Shown: in pieces, positions 12,430 through 25,899 of the stretch | Layout of the letters: the number at the start of each line of letters is the position of its first letter | Position numbering within the stretch: the stretch's first letter is position 1 | NCBI GenBank assembly: GCA_951406725.2 | Contig: OX597827.1 | Span: 30,504,001-30,568,000 of the forward strand | DNA: 64,000 bases | Direction: 5' to 3' | Source of the DNA: Octopus vulgaris | Taxonomy: Eukaryota | Translations under genes and position numbers: made by a program | The notes under the pieces: model-generated | The model's input: the letters and a program-made list of their open reading frames with translations, nothing else | Database searches by the model: none | Told to the model about the DNA's origin: nothing

Positions 12430-12990
12430 AAAGTATTTTATGTAAAGCAAAAAGTATGTTAAGTTCATTTATAATAATAATTTTTTTCGCTGCATTGACA
12501 TCAGCGCTTGACGCTTCACCATGCACTTTGATGGAATGTCACCTATGTTGATAATTAAATCAATCAAACCATACTTTGCTTATAACAAAAGTTTGTTTGT
12601 GTCACCTTTCATTTTTGTAAGCATACTGAAAAGAGGTAATGCTTTGCTACAAATCGATGCTTGATTAACATTCATATGCATGCATTGTGTTTTGTCACTT
12701 ATCCATCCATTTAAAAGTTTTTCCACTTCCAGAATAATGCTTCCAGCATCTCTTTTACAAGCCCAGGTTGATTGTAAAGGCTGCACATTTCTCACTTGAG
12801 ATAAATATTTTTGTTTTTATTTAAGAATAGTGCAGACAGTTGATGAGTTAAGTGAAAATTTGTCACAAATATTTTTCGCAGTTGTGCTGCCATCATACAT
12901 TTTACAATTTCATAATTAATTTTCAAGGTGATGGCTTTTCATTTCTTTTTGTTCCCATTAGTATCTGTGGTACACTTTCGTTTAGACATA
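12430..12990 (-). mobile_element. pogo/Tigger-like transposase relic (CENP-B-type HTH)
   Basis: Minus strand MSKRK..., FSLNSSTVCTILK, EVEKLLNGWI...ICSKAL; decayed. Confidence 0.65.
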
Positions 12991-15900
12991 TTGGGTGAGT
13001 TTTAAAAATGCTGAAAATGATAGTGTAGGTAAACATTTACAATATAAAATATGTGGCACAAAGAATTAGCTTATAATAATCTCTCTCAACAAAGTGTTGT
13101 TTGTGCAAACTAAGACATTGAAATTTTATGCCGGCATTGTCAGAACCAGTGTTGCCACATGTTGCAACATTGCCACACCAGCAAAATAGCTGTTTAACCT
13201 TTTCATATTCATTATAAAATACTGCTAAGCAAAATGCTTAGCACTATTTCGTCCATCTTTATGTTCTGAGTTCAAATTCTGCTGAGGTTGACTTTGCCTT
13301 TCATCCGTTCAGCGTCGATAAATTAAATACCATTTAAGTACTGCAGTCGATGTAATTGACTGTCCTCCTCTCTACAACTTTGAAGCCTTGTACCTATAGT
13401 TGAAAGGATTATAAAATAAAACTCATAAACCTGGGGTCTCATAAAACGGTCCCCGTACAGTGAGATATTACTGCATTTACTCTTGTAAACTTCTAATTTT
13501 TATTCTTACCAACACATATCTGTACCCTCCCCTTCCTCTTCTCCCACACCTTGTTTTTTTATTATTGTCCTCGGCATTCTTCTTTAACAGCTGCTGCTTC
13601 CATCTTCACTTCCACCTTGTTTGTGCATACCCCAATGCAACTGACCATTTTTCATTGCTCTTTAATCATGTAGTACTTTCTTCCACTTTTTTGATTTCAC
13701 TCTTCTGCTCTTTTTCATTTTCTCATCTCCATTCCTTCATCTAAAGTAATTGAACTGTTTTGCTATTTAGTGTGAATTTCTCCTCCATTTTGCAATTGTT
13801 GGATTAAACTACAAATCTGTGTAGTATAATGCATTCAAAATGAGCCATTGAGTTGAAATGAATGCAGTGGTGCTAAAAGGTGTTATAAAAAATTAGGTTG
13901 GATATTAAAATTGACGTTTTATAAAGGTCAGTCGATGGATTGGTTTGAAGAATGTATGGGTCTGAAACAAAGCTGCATTTATTTTGTACCTTTTCCAACA
14001 TTTTCTAGGAATTTGCCTAGGGCAAAGTCAAAAACACACTGGCTAGAAGTTTGCAGTCTACACTTAGAGAACCATTACCTGACAGATGTAGAAATACTTC
14101 TGTGAGCAAAGTTCTTCATGTGATGTACATTGTTAGAGAGGTTAATCAGAAAGAAGAGACTGAAGTGGTTCAACTTGTAATAAAGAGGCCACACAATAAC
14201 TACTTAGTGCAAGTGTTCTGTCTTGACTTCCCAATTTCTATAGATGTTCCTGACTTGCAAAAACTGGTTTACTTCTCACAACAGCAGCAAGCAGTATATC
14301 TAACCAAAGAAGGTGGTTCTGATTTGCTGCCAAGTGAGGAAAAGGATCTAGTAAGGACTAAGCAATTAAAACAAAGAAGTTATATTTCTGATCATCAGCA
14401 TTTTAATGTCCACTTTTCTATGCTTGCATCAATCAGACCAAATTTGTTTCTATCTTGTCCTCTGTGTTTTATCTGCTGTCTGTACTTCAATTTTCTTCTA
14501 TTTGATCATAATACTGAACTACCATTTTGCCAGTATGAATATGTAAATTTCTCAACAACAAGCTTCTCAGTTTCATTTTATCTTTACTCCTTCTCTCTCT
14601 CTCCCTCCATTTTCATCTCTTCCTTTTTCCTTATTTTGTTTGCTATCATTTCTCTCTCTCTCTCTCTCTCTCTGAGTCTAACCTTTCCAACAATACCTTT
14701 GTCTTCCCATAATTTTGATTCTGCTGCCTTAGCCTGTTACTTTGCTCTCTGCTACTTCTATCTCTTTCCTCTTTGTGTTGAAACACAATCATCTTTGATA
14801 TGTTGTTTTTTTTACTCTATAAAGAAATTCACTATTAAACATTCTTTGTCACTTTGTCCTGTGTTCTGCTTGTCATAGCCATACAAGCTGATTCTTCAAT
14901 TGTTGTACTTAATTTTTTCTCATACTTTTGTATTCTTGCAGGTGTCCAGTCATCAACACTATTCCTTGGTTCTCTTAAGTAAGCAACCCCACCTATAATG
15001 CACCAAAATTGCTGTGCTCTTCTATCAACAGGTGCTGAGAAAGAATAATTTCCATCTTTGTATTTTCTTGTGTGCATATTACCTGTTCTTTGTATTTAAT
15101 TTTTCTAATATATATACATGGACACAAAGTGGCTGAGTTCCTTTCGAGTGTTGTGCCTCACAGAGGCAATGACTAAGATCTTTGGCATTATGTCGTGCTT
15201 GAGAAGAAGACCCATCAAAATCACAGTCGTGGCAGATACCGGTGTCATGCAAATTGGCACCTGTGTCAGTGATACGTAAAAGCACCCATTACACTCTTGG
15301 AGTGGTTGGTGTTATGAATGGCCTCCAGCTGTAGAAAACCATGCCAAAACAGACTGGAGTCTAGTGCAGCCTTCCAGTGTGCCAGCCTGGTCACACTGTC
15401 CAACCCATGCCAGCATGGACAACAGATATTAAATGATGATGATGATATATATGACAGCAGAACTACATGCTTTATCATCTTTTTTTCTGATACCAGTTGT
15501 CTTTCTCACTAACTGGAATCATTTCACTTGATACCCATCCTTCATTATTTACACTATCCCCTCTCCACCTACATTTTAAACTGATCACCCTTGTGTGCTA
15601 CTAAATTATCTGTCCAGACATTAGAGCTCAATGCAGTGCTCAGGCCTGTCAGACTGTCTAACTATGCAACCCATGCCAGCATGGAAGATGGTGATGTATA
15701 TGTTGTAAATACACACACACACAAATATACATATACATATACAAAAGTATATAGATATATATTTGTGTGTGTGTGTGTGAAGCTGGTGGGAATTAAGAAA
15801 CAGAATTTGTAGAAATTTTATTTTTTATTTTTTGCAGAATCATAACATCTTTGTTTAAAACATAATTCAGAAAGAGATATTTAATAAAAAGCAAAAAGAA

Positions 15901-16310
15901 AAATGTCAAGCTTTTGGCCAGCTGCATGCTCCAAAACAAAGAAGGATGAGCAAAAAAATTAAAATAACTAAAATTTAGAAAATACTTTTCTTTTTTTCAT
16001 CTGGTCTATAGCAGATTTTATATGAACCAGAAATTTTGCAAAAAAAAGTAGGCAGTCCAATTCATTTTGGCTTTAGCATAAATATGAGTTATGCTCATGA
16101 GCAGGGCCAGCTCAAGGTACTGACAACTCGGACAGTCCTGGGGCACCAAGGAGGGTGTGACAAAGACAAGGAAATTTCCATGATCATCAGCTTGAACACG
16201 CCGATGTTCATCTTGTCCAGAGTGCCAGCAACCCTAGGGCCAGCCTTGCACATGAGCAAAGAAATTTCAAAAGAACTACAGCTTTTCAACTATGACTATC
16301 ATATATCTTA

Positions 16311-16415
16311 AAACCTAACCTGAAACCCTAACCCTAAGCCCTAACTGTAAAACTTAGCCCTGCTGCCTAACGCCTAACCCCTAAATCTAAGCCCAACTCC
16401 AATTTTAATCTCTAA
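16311..16415. repeat. Degenerate telomere-like (CCCTAA)n tract
   Basis: AACCCTAACCCTAAGCCCTAA...CCTAACCCCTAA. Confidence 0.6.
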
Positions 16416-17001
16416 ATACTAACAAACTCTTAACTAGTAATATGTATCATAAATTATACTGAATTTTTGTTTTAAATGCTTTCAAATGAATCAGGCTGTC
16501 TACTATATGCTTTAAAAAATTTTCTGTTTCAGACCATAAATCAAGGATGCCCAGTCTTTGTCGTTTAAAACAGAAATGCAAAGAAATTTTTAAATAAAAA
16601 AATAAAGCTAAAAGTTACGGGTTTGGTGGAACTTATTCTGAAAATCTTTTGTTGTTGGAATATTTTGTGCTCAATGATGTTCACTTGCCAAAGCCACAAA
16701 ATTACTTTTGATTTGCTGTAAATAATGTGATGAAGCACTTGTAGAAATTGTCTTTGTTTAACCCTTTTGATTCCAACCTGCCTGAGTCCAACTCTGGTTC
16801 TATAATGCAAACTTCTTGATTTTAAGTGATATTAAAAACTTCCATCAAAATTCGATGTTTATGTTCTAAATACCAGTCTAATAATGACAAAGTTATTTTA
16901 TTAAATTCTTCATTATTTTCGAAATTAATTCACATGAAGAAAGCGTATTTCAGTAAAAATATGATATTAAAAAGGTTAAAATCATCTTTGCTAAAGTATT
17001 A

Positions 17002-18140
17002 TCTTGCATATTAAAACAGAAAATGTCTGTGTGTGTATCGGTATGTTCTCGTTTTGCGCCAAAATGGCTCGACTGATTATTCTTAAACTTCACACGTACA
17101 TTGCTTATGTGTCTGGGGAGGTTTTAAGTATAAATAGATTTCGAAAAAAATGTTTGAGTACACGGCGGGAGGAATAACATTTGGGTGTGAGTGAATGGCA
17201 GGAGTAATGATTTTTAAGCTTCCAAGGGAATTTTCAGTATGCTTATTTCTTAGTATTTGAACTATTTTAGTTATTTTCTCAATTTATCCAGTAAAACGCT
17301 TAAACAAGTAAATAGTATTCTCCTAAACAATAGATTCACTTATTTCGGTTAGTAACTTAATGCATAAAAGCTTTTTTTCATAGTTAATTACTTTGAATTG
17401 TTATTATCTCATATCTGATTAGCCTGTTATTACGTAACATGTTTCACAATTTTAGTATACATACCTTATTAGTATTTCCTCCTAAAATCTATATACTCTG
17501 GGAATGTATTAAAGCCCTTTTCAGGGCTACTTTATTTGAATTCTTACTATAGGGTAATTAATTTCATGTTATTACATAACTGACTTCACAATTTGGGTAT
17601 TCATAACTTACTGGGAATTCCTAAAAACAAAATCCTGTGCAAGACAGTTCAGTATTCTCAATAAATACACTAAAACTGTTTTAAGGGCTACATACTTTGT
17701 ATTGTTGTTATTGGATTAGCAAAACAATTATGAGAACGGAACCAAGGGATAAGCCCTGCCTTCCCAGGTATTACCAGGTATATCAGCTACTATATATATA
17801 TATACATATATATGCTTATTATAGCCTCAGGCCAACCAAAACCTTGTGAGTGAATTTCGTACTCAGAAACTGAAAGAAGACTGTCGTATATTTGTGTATG
17901 TGTGTCTTGTGTTTGTACCCCCACCATTGCTTGAAAACTGATGTTGCTGTGTTTACATTCCTGTAACTTAGCAGTTTGGTAAAATACACTGACATAATGA
18001 GTACTAGGCTTACAAAGAATAAATCCTGTGGTTGATTTCTTTGATCAACGGCGGTGCTCCAGCATGGCTGCAGTCACATGAATGAAACAATAAAAATCTA
18101 TGCCATTTTAATTCCAAGCAAGGCCGGGTGTCTCGACTAG
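17002..18140 (+). mobile_element. Helitron-type element(s) with internal tandem units and an inserted SINE
   Basis: A|TCTTGCATATTAAAA start; CCAAGCAAGGCCGGG...CTAG|T end at 18140; repeated units of about 125 bp at 17390-17720. Confidence 0.45.
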
Positions 18141-18152
18141 TTGTTATTATTA

Positions 18153-18732
18153 CTAGGTTTTTACCGTCACTACACTACCAGTAAAAATATTTGTTAATCA
18201 TGCACATACCTTCTTGTAATAGTAGACTTATAAAGTGAAAGTCTTGTTAGTTACTACGGTAATAACACTACCTTTCTGTCTATCTTTCATGCACAATCTA
18301 TTTCTCTCACTGTTTTTCTCCCTCAACAACAACCTGTTTTTTCCTTGAAATAAATTTAAACTCTATCTCTCACTCTCACTGAATTCCTCTCTCAACAATA
18401 ATAACTTGCCGTTATAGTGAAAGTCTTTTTTTAAGGCCTGTGTTGCATTGTCTCTATATTGAAAGACATACATAAGCACACACACACAACCAAAAAATAT
18501 ATTGTTATATAGTGAAAGTTTTTTTCATTTTTATGTCTGTGTTGCATTGTGTTGACAGACTTGCACTTAAAATTCTCACATTTTTAATCAAAACGTGTTA
18601 GCTACTATGACAATACTATGTATTGATTTATCTTTCACATAGACTCTCTCTATCTCACTATATTTCTCTCTGAACAACAAGTTTTTCTCCTCCTCTGGAC
18701 AGACAAAGATCAGCTTCTTTTATAATATAAGA
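18153..18732 (-). mobile_element. Non-autonomous Helitron-type element
   Basis: Minus strand A|TCTTATATTATAAA start and CTAG|T end; internal repeats. Confidence 0.55.
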
Positions 18733-21006
18733 TTTATTATTATTGTTGTTGTTGTTAAAGATAGTGACTCTTTTTATGTTCTGAGTTAAAATTCCACAGA
18801 TGTCAACTTTGTCTTTCATCTTTTTGGGGCTCAATAAACTAGGTAGCGATGTAAGTACTGAGGTTGATGTATCAACAAAGGCCGACACGATCCTAAGTCC
18901 AGAGCCATTTAAATGGCTCCAAAGAAGCTATAAGGTATTGCACAAATATTCATCTCTGAATGCAAACTTCTTATAGCAAAAACAGTTGCAAGCTAATAAA
19001 AGTGATTCATAACTCCTGTTCTTTTGTCATTCATTAATTGGTACATATATATATGTGTTGACACTGTTTGAATTCTTTAGCAGAAAACAATGTCACTGGC
19101 TAGGCAGTGGTGTGATGTGTTTACTATGATCTGCTATATGTTTGAGCATTGAGCTGTTCATTGTGTGAAAGACCAGAACAAATAGTTTTTTTAGAAACAA
19201 GGGCTGCTTTTAGGAAGGGCATGCAGTCAAAGAATAATGCCTCAACAAGTCACCTCCAACCCATGGTAAAAGCTGCACAAAAATTATGATGATGATGTTT
19301 AAAATCTTAGTGGTTAATTCATAGACATTTAAAATTCTGTAGTTTAATTGACACACATACTAGAGAGGGGGAGAGGATGACATAGAAATTATATATATAT
19401 TGTTGTCAGTGCAGGTGAAGCTTGCTTTCCAACCACGTGGTCAGGTTCAGTGCCTTGAGCAAATGTCTTCTATTGTAGCCCAAGACCAACCAACGCCTTG
19501 TGAGTAGGTTAATAGATGGAAAGTGAAAAAAGCTCCTTGTATAAACAGGCACGTATGTGTGTTTATGTGCACCCATGTCTTGACAATGTGTGATAGTTGT
19601 AAACAGTCATCACTGCCATACAAGTGACGTTAATTTCAAGTCTTTCTTGGTCATGGCGAAATATAACCTTGCTTGGAAACAGGTGACAGGAAGAGCAACC
19701 AGCTGTAGAAAATCTACCTCCAGAAATTCCGTCTGACCATGCGAGCATGGAAAAGTAGACATTAAATAATGATAATGACATTTGTTCTTGTGGGTGAGGA
19801 GCTCATAGGAACATAAGGCCACATAAAATGAAAAACATGAAGTTAGAACTTTGAATGTCAATATGTTTAACCCTTTAGCATTCAGATTACTCTGTCAAAT
19901 GTGGTGTTTATTTCTTCACATTGTTTTGAAATAATCATGCATTATCTCATAGCATCAAGATTTTAATGATGTGATTGTTTACTTTTTAGAATGGTGTGGA
20001 AGGTCAAATGTGGCCAGTTTGAAAATAAGGCAGGTAGAGTTCTTTGGCCTGATATGACCATTTTAACTGCTATAAGGTTAATCCATAACAGTGATTCATT
20101 GATAAGAAAATGTGCATAATTGTGAAAAAAATCAGCTGTATTGTACAAAAATAGTAAGTAGATCATTGAAGCTAGTTGTCCTTAATTTGTTAAATACTCA
20201 ACAGAATATAGATTATGGATTATTTTCATCATTCTGTTATATTTTGTAAAAATTAAGTACATATATCAAATAAATATTCAATTAAAAGTATAAAAATATA
20301 GCATATATATATTTATGAAAATGGTATCTAATAAAATGTGCATAAATGTATATATTCATTAATATCAAATATTAAATGAAGATCTATATATTTATACATT
20401 ATATAATAATTACTTCTTTTATTAGCTGCAAGGGTCCAAAATAAAAGGGACTGTATAAAAGTGGAATACAAAGGGAAACAAATAAAATAAACAGTGGACA
20501 TGGGAAATTTACAATATCCAGAAATAGGGTGAGATCAATGAAACAATAACTCATTAATAAATTATTGATTAATAAATACTAATAACAGTATTGGATAGAA
20601 AAATAATAACAAAAGCGGATCATTAAAATTGAGGTGGGAGAGTAACTAGAGAAAGTGAATTTAGGGCACCTCCACATATACAGCTGCAGAACTATATGTA
20701 TCACATGAATGTGCCATGGCACTGTTGAAACTATCAACAGATCCATGGTTTCAGATATTGTCTATCTCTGCCAAGTTGAGGACCATACTTTACAATCTGG
20801 CATGCAGTAGTTAATTGTATGTGATGAAGGGATGCAGTCTGGGCATGTACTATATCCAATGTCTTGTCTGGTTACACTGGTAGTGGTAGTGATGATGCTG
20901 GTGATAATGATGATGACAACAATGAGAAAAACATTGAAATAACAATTATAAAATAGTGATGAACCATTAAAGTTCAGCTTGAATACAACAATGTCCTTAG
21001 TCAATT

Positions 21007-21103
21007 TTATAAATGAGCGTAGTTGAATTGGTTGCCAAATTTATCTCGAGCTTTCTTTGCATCCATCATATCTAGAGTAGCATTGACTCTTTTCATGGTT
21101 CTT
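21007..21103 (-). CDS. UVSSA: UVSSA terminal coding exon (RTMKRVNATLDMMDAKKARDKFGNQFNYAHL*)
   Basis: KF.NQFNYA C-terminus; TTTGCAG acceptor; TAA stop at 21007-21009. Confidence 0.93.
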
Positions 21104-21651
21104 CTGCAAACACAAAGCAAAACAAAACTAAATATAGACAGCAATCATGCAAACGGTGAACAAAGATAAGGATCAAATTAAAAGAACATGTACATTAGGA
21201 TTACTTAATGTTACAAACAGTTCTGTGCACAAATCTACAATTTATCAGCTAAGATTCTAAGAGACAACAGTCATGATATCATATTAACGCAGAAGTAAAG
21301 TGTACTTGTTATGACAGGTAACTGTGTGAGTATACTTTTACCACCCTAGGTGATATCAGGAAATATGGTATACATACAATAATTATAATTTATCTTTTAT
21401 CAAATTTCTTGGAGCTAATACAAAATGATGAAATGAAGACTAAATTTCAAAAAAAATTTTTTTATTGAAATAAATTTCTCAGTTGTATATCATTATTTAA
21501 CTATGTTAACTCTCTCTCTCTCTCTCTCTCTGCATCTCTCTTTTACTTTCTCTCTCTCTATATTCCTCTTTTATTTTCTCTATGATGTAAAGCATGACTG
21601 GAGAAATCAACCAACCAATATTTATATTGGCAATTATTATATGGAGATGAA

Positions 21652-21862
21652 GGCGGTGAGCTGGCAGAATCATTAACACACTGGACAAAATACTTAGCGG
21701 CATTTCTGTCATAATGTTCTGAGTTCAAATTCCACCGAGGTCAACTTTGCCTTTCATCCTTCCAGGGTTGATGAAATAAGTACCAGGTACACACTAGGAT
21801 CGATGTAATCGAGTAGCCCCCTTCCCCCCAAAATTTTCAAGGCCATGTGCCTAGAGTAGAAA
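21652..21862 (+). mobile_element. tRNA-derived SINE family A (representative copy)
   Basis: GGCGGTGAGCTGGCAGAATC...GAGTTCAAATTCC...ACTTTGCCTTTCATCC; related copies near 1, 2900, 13230, 22690(-), 26000, 45200(-), 51490(-), 62200(-), 63690(-). Confidence 0.8.
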
Positions 21863-23097
21863 TAATTATTATATGGAGATGCAATTATTGAATGTTTAAA
21901 TGCATTAAAGATTATCCAGACGTGGTTGTATAGATACAGTGTTTACTTTGTTATTTTGTGGTCTCAAGTTCTATCTCACTGTGTGACACCTTACGTAATT
22001 GTCTTTTGTTCTAGTTTTGGATCAACAAATACTATGTGAGTGCAACTGGGAAAGGGAAACCAATTGTATGTATGTTAATGTCAATGTTTACATTCTGTAT
22101 TTTGCATGAAAACATTGAGCTAAAACTCAGTGATGCTTGTTGATAGGGAATGTCAAATTGTCTACAAGCTCTCAGCTTTCTAAGAGCAAAAAATAATCCC
22201 TTGCGGCAGGTAAGACACCCAGCTGTAAAAAAATTTCTCAGTGATACGTGTTTGTCTAACTCATGCCGGCATGCAAAAACAGGCATACAAAACAAACAAA
22301 CAATAAACATGACCGTTGCAAAACCAATGAAAAATCTCATTCTCAAAAGGACTAACATGTGCATGGTTGTTTGGTGCTTAGGCATGAACACCTCTTGACT
22401 ATCATCAAGCAATTTCATTAACTCTCTTCCTTTCACATATAGATGGACATCAAACAACTCATCCGCAACTGCGAGACACTTTCTTCTTGTCATGGATTAG
22501 AGTTTATGCTTCACAATGTCAATTCTGGTAGGAAGAATGGTAGAGCTAAGTTACATGCAAATAGATGTGTATATTCCTCAAAAGAAAGACAAAATGATAA
22601 TGGCTTGAACAGCTTTGATCATAGATCTGCTCAGTCAGGGCTGATCTGGGTGTTAAACAACAATGATAATCTTTTCTACTAAAGACACAAGGCCTGAAAT
22701 TTTGGGGAACTGGGGATAGCCAATTACATTGACCCTAGTGTTTCACTGGTACTTAATTTATCAACCCCAAAAGGAAGAATGGCAAAGCTGACCTTGGGTA
22801 AATTTGAACTCAGAACGTGAGGGTGGACAAAATTACACCAACCATTTTGCCCAGCATGCTAACGATTCTGCTAGCTTGCCACCTTGTTAAATAAAAATAA
22901 TAATGCAAGTTGTAAGGGAAGAGGATCAATTTATAGGTGCAGGCGTGGCTGTATGGTAAGTAGCTTGCTTACCAACCACAAGGTTCTGGGTTCAGTCTCA
23001 GTGCGTGACACCTTGGGCAAGTGTCTTCTACTATAGCCTTAGGCCGACCAAAGCCTTGTGAGTGGATTTAGTAGATAGAAACTGGTAGAAGCCCGTT

Positions 23098-23868
23098 AGC
23101 ATCAGTTGTGGTGTGCAAGAGAGACGTTTGCGCTGGTATGGTCATGTGGTGAGAATGGATGAAGATAATTGTGTGAAAAAGTGCCACACCATAGCGGCTG
23201 AGGGAACCTGTGGAAGAGGCAGACCCAGGAAAACCTGGAACGAGGTGGTGAAGCACAACCTTCAAACTTTAGGTCTCACCGAGGAAATGACTAGAGACCG
23301 AGACCTTTGGAAGTATGCTGTGCGTGAGAAGACACGGCAGGACAAGTGAGACCATAACCCGTGGCCTCTACCTGCACTTATGCATACCTTTCCTTCTTGG
23401 GACACAAAACTCTACTTGTGAAGACCTGTTGAGGCAAGTGAAAATCAAAATCGATCAACATCAATGGAAATTGCAGCTGTGATACCAGTGCCAGTGGTAC
23501 ATAAGAGAACCATCCGAACGTGGCCGTTGCCAGCACCACCCCGACTGGCCTCATGCCGATGGCACGTAAAAAGCACCATCCGATCATGGCCATTGCCAGC
23601 CACGCCTGGCCCCCGTGCCGGTGGCATGTAAAACGCACCATCCGATTGTGGCCATTTGCCAGCCTCGTCTGACACCTGTGCCGGTGGCACGTAAAAGCAC
23701 ACTCTACACTCACGGAGTGGTTGGCGTTAGGAAGGACATCCAGCCGTAGAAACATTGCCAGATCAGACTGGGCCTGGTGCAGCTTTCTGGCTTCCCAGAC
23801 CCCAGTTGAACCGTCCAACCCATGCTAGCATGGAAAGCGGACGCTAAACGATGATGATGATGATGATG
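23098..23868 (+). mobile_element. Short 3' fragment of the same RTE LINE family nested in a SINE
   Basis: ORF 23113..23349 ending EKTRQDK; same 3' UTR and (GAT)n tail. Confidence 0.88.
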
Positions 23869-24262
23869 TGTGTGTGTGTGTATATGTTTGTGTTTGTGCC
23901 CCCAACATCACTTGACAACTGACGCTGGTGTGTTAATGTCCCCATAACTTAGCAGTTCGGCAAAAGAGTCTGATAGAATAAGTACTAGGCTTACAAAGAA
24001 TAAGTTCAGGAGTGAATTTGCTGGACTAAAGGCAGTGCTCCAGTATGGCTGCACTCAAATGACTGAAACAAGTAAAAGAATGTGCTTGAGTATTGCCAGA
24101 ACATGTCTACAGAACAATGACAGTAGCTAGCTGAATAGGCTAAACTTAGATTTCAGAATTATTAGAAAATACTAGAAACTAGTTTTTGTGGTATGTTGAT
24201 GGCAAAAGTCCAATGACTGGAATTAGTAAAAAAATAATGGAATCAATAAAACTATTACTTAC

Positions 24263-24464
24263 GCATTAAACAACTTTTTCTTCAACCTGTTCTCGGAAGT
24301 ATTCTTTGGAAGAGTTAAATCTGTCAAATCTGATTTCTTTTTCGCTTTACCTTTAACTTTTCCCTTTTTTTTCTTATTTCCTTCAACACAAAGGTCACGG
24401 TTTGAACCAAGGTCAATCCCTAAAGTAGCTTCAATGTCTTTTTGAAGTTCTTTATCTTGCCAAT
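24263..24464 (-). CDS. UVSSA: UVSSA exon (WQDKELQKDIEATLGIDLGS...Lys-rich...NRLKKKLFN)
   Basis: WQD.EL..D.EA..G.DLGS motif and Lys-rich NLS-like stretch. Confidence 0.93.
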
Positions 24465-25132
24465 CTAGTGAAAGAAATATTTTGGGTAAAATGCACTGTC
24501 ACTTTGGATGTTTGTTTTTATACAATGTAGACAACAGATGTATAAGACACATTATATAAACTAGTTATACTTGTCTCTCAAATGATTTCATCTGAGACCA
24601 TGTTTTGAAATTGAACCCATTTTAATCACCTAAAACATACAAAAACTGTTTGATTCACCACCCTTCAAAAATGAAAATTAAATGTAACTGTTTTTGCGTG
24701 ATTTTAGACAGCAAAAAGGAACCTTCCACAATGTAATATATGAAAAATATGGTTGGACCCTTTTTAATGCCAATTACTTTTCAGAATTTATTGGATGCTT
24801 TTTTCCTGACACCAGCACTAGTAAGGTCATCAAGTGACTCACAAAACGAGGTAAAAGACCCCTTCAAGTGAGTGGGGTTGCAGTAGAGAGGGAGGTGGCT
24901 TTATTCTGGGTGTTGAGGGAAAGAATATAGTCAGTTGATGTAGTTCAATGTACATAGCAATCTCACACATAACACTGAACTTAAAATTTCTTCTAAACAC
25001 AAACAACCCTTACCCTAATGTTCCATTGACAAACTTATCAATGTTTCCCATCCATCTTCCAATAACCAATCTTTCCAAGTTCAAACTAGACTGCATCATT
25101 CACATTAGCTCTCTCTTTTACTCACTCTTCCA

Positions 25133-25465
25133 CTTAGATCAGGAAGGCCATCAAAGACAATGGACAGCACCTCTCTCTTTCTTTCTTCCTATCTCTTAGA
25201 CCAAGGAGGTCATTAAGAGCTATGGACAGGATGTTTCTCATTTTCTCTCTCTCTTAAACCAAGGAGGCCATCATCAAAAGTTATGACCACCACCCTTCTC
25301 TTTCTCTCTCTCTCTTTCCATTTCTTTTCCTTTCTCTTAGGCCAAGGAGACCATTAAAAGCTATAGACAGGACCGTTCTTGTGTTCTCTCTCTCTCTTTC
25401 TCCTTTAGCCCAAAGAGGCCATCATCAAGAGCTATGAACAGCACCTTTCTCTCTCTTGTTCTGTC
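25133..25465. repeat. Minisatellite, 5 units of about 60-80 bp with CT-rich spacers
   Basis: Recurring TTAGACCAAGGAGGCCATC...GAGCTATGGACAG. Confidence 0.75.
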
Positions 25466-25799
25466 TTAATCCTCTTGCATCCTTCAAAGAATAAAGAACT
25501 ATATCATGGAGGCAATGACCAAGACATTTGGCATTATGTTGTGCTTGAGAAGAAGACTCATCAAGCTGAGCAAAATCACAGTTGTGGCAGATACTGGTGT
25601 CATACAAATGGCACCCATGCTGGTGGCATGTAAAAGCACCCATTACACTCTCAGGGCATCCAGCTGTAGAAAACTATGCCAAATCAGACTAGAGTCTCCT
25701 GCAGCCTTCCAGCTTACTAGCCCTGGTCAAACCATCCAACCCTTGCCAGCATGGATAACAGACATTAAATGATGATGATGATATCTATTTGTATCTTAC

Positions 25800-25899
25800 G
25801 GTTCTTTTCAGCTTCCTCTTTCTCAAGTCTTTTTGCATCTCCTGGGTTTGTTGGACGACCCATATTATCTCGACCAATGATTTTGCCATGGAAAGGACA
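25800..25899 (-). CDS. UVSSA: UVSSA exon (CPFHGKIIGRDNMGRP...; zinc finger second half)
   Basis: CPFHGKI..RD..G.P signature; TTTCAG / GTAAGA sites. Confidence 0.95.

Noticed and set aside
14051-14878. 275-aa plus-strand ORF
   Set aside because: Non-ATG start, runs through CT microsatellite and repeat tails, F/S/L-biased, no recognisable domain
23378-23818. Similar minus-strand ORFs recurring at 5.4, 23.4, 50.0 and 59.1 kb, like a gene family
   Set aside because: Antisense readings of the shared LINE 3'UTR; frames are not conserved between copies
25133-25465. Repeat-spacer pattern resembling a CRISPR array
   Set aside because: Repeats are degenerate, spacers are CT microsatellite, context is a eukaryotic intron, no cas genes
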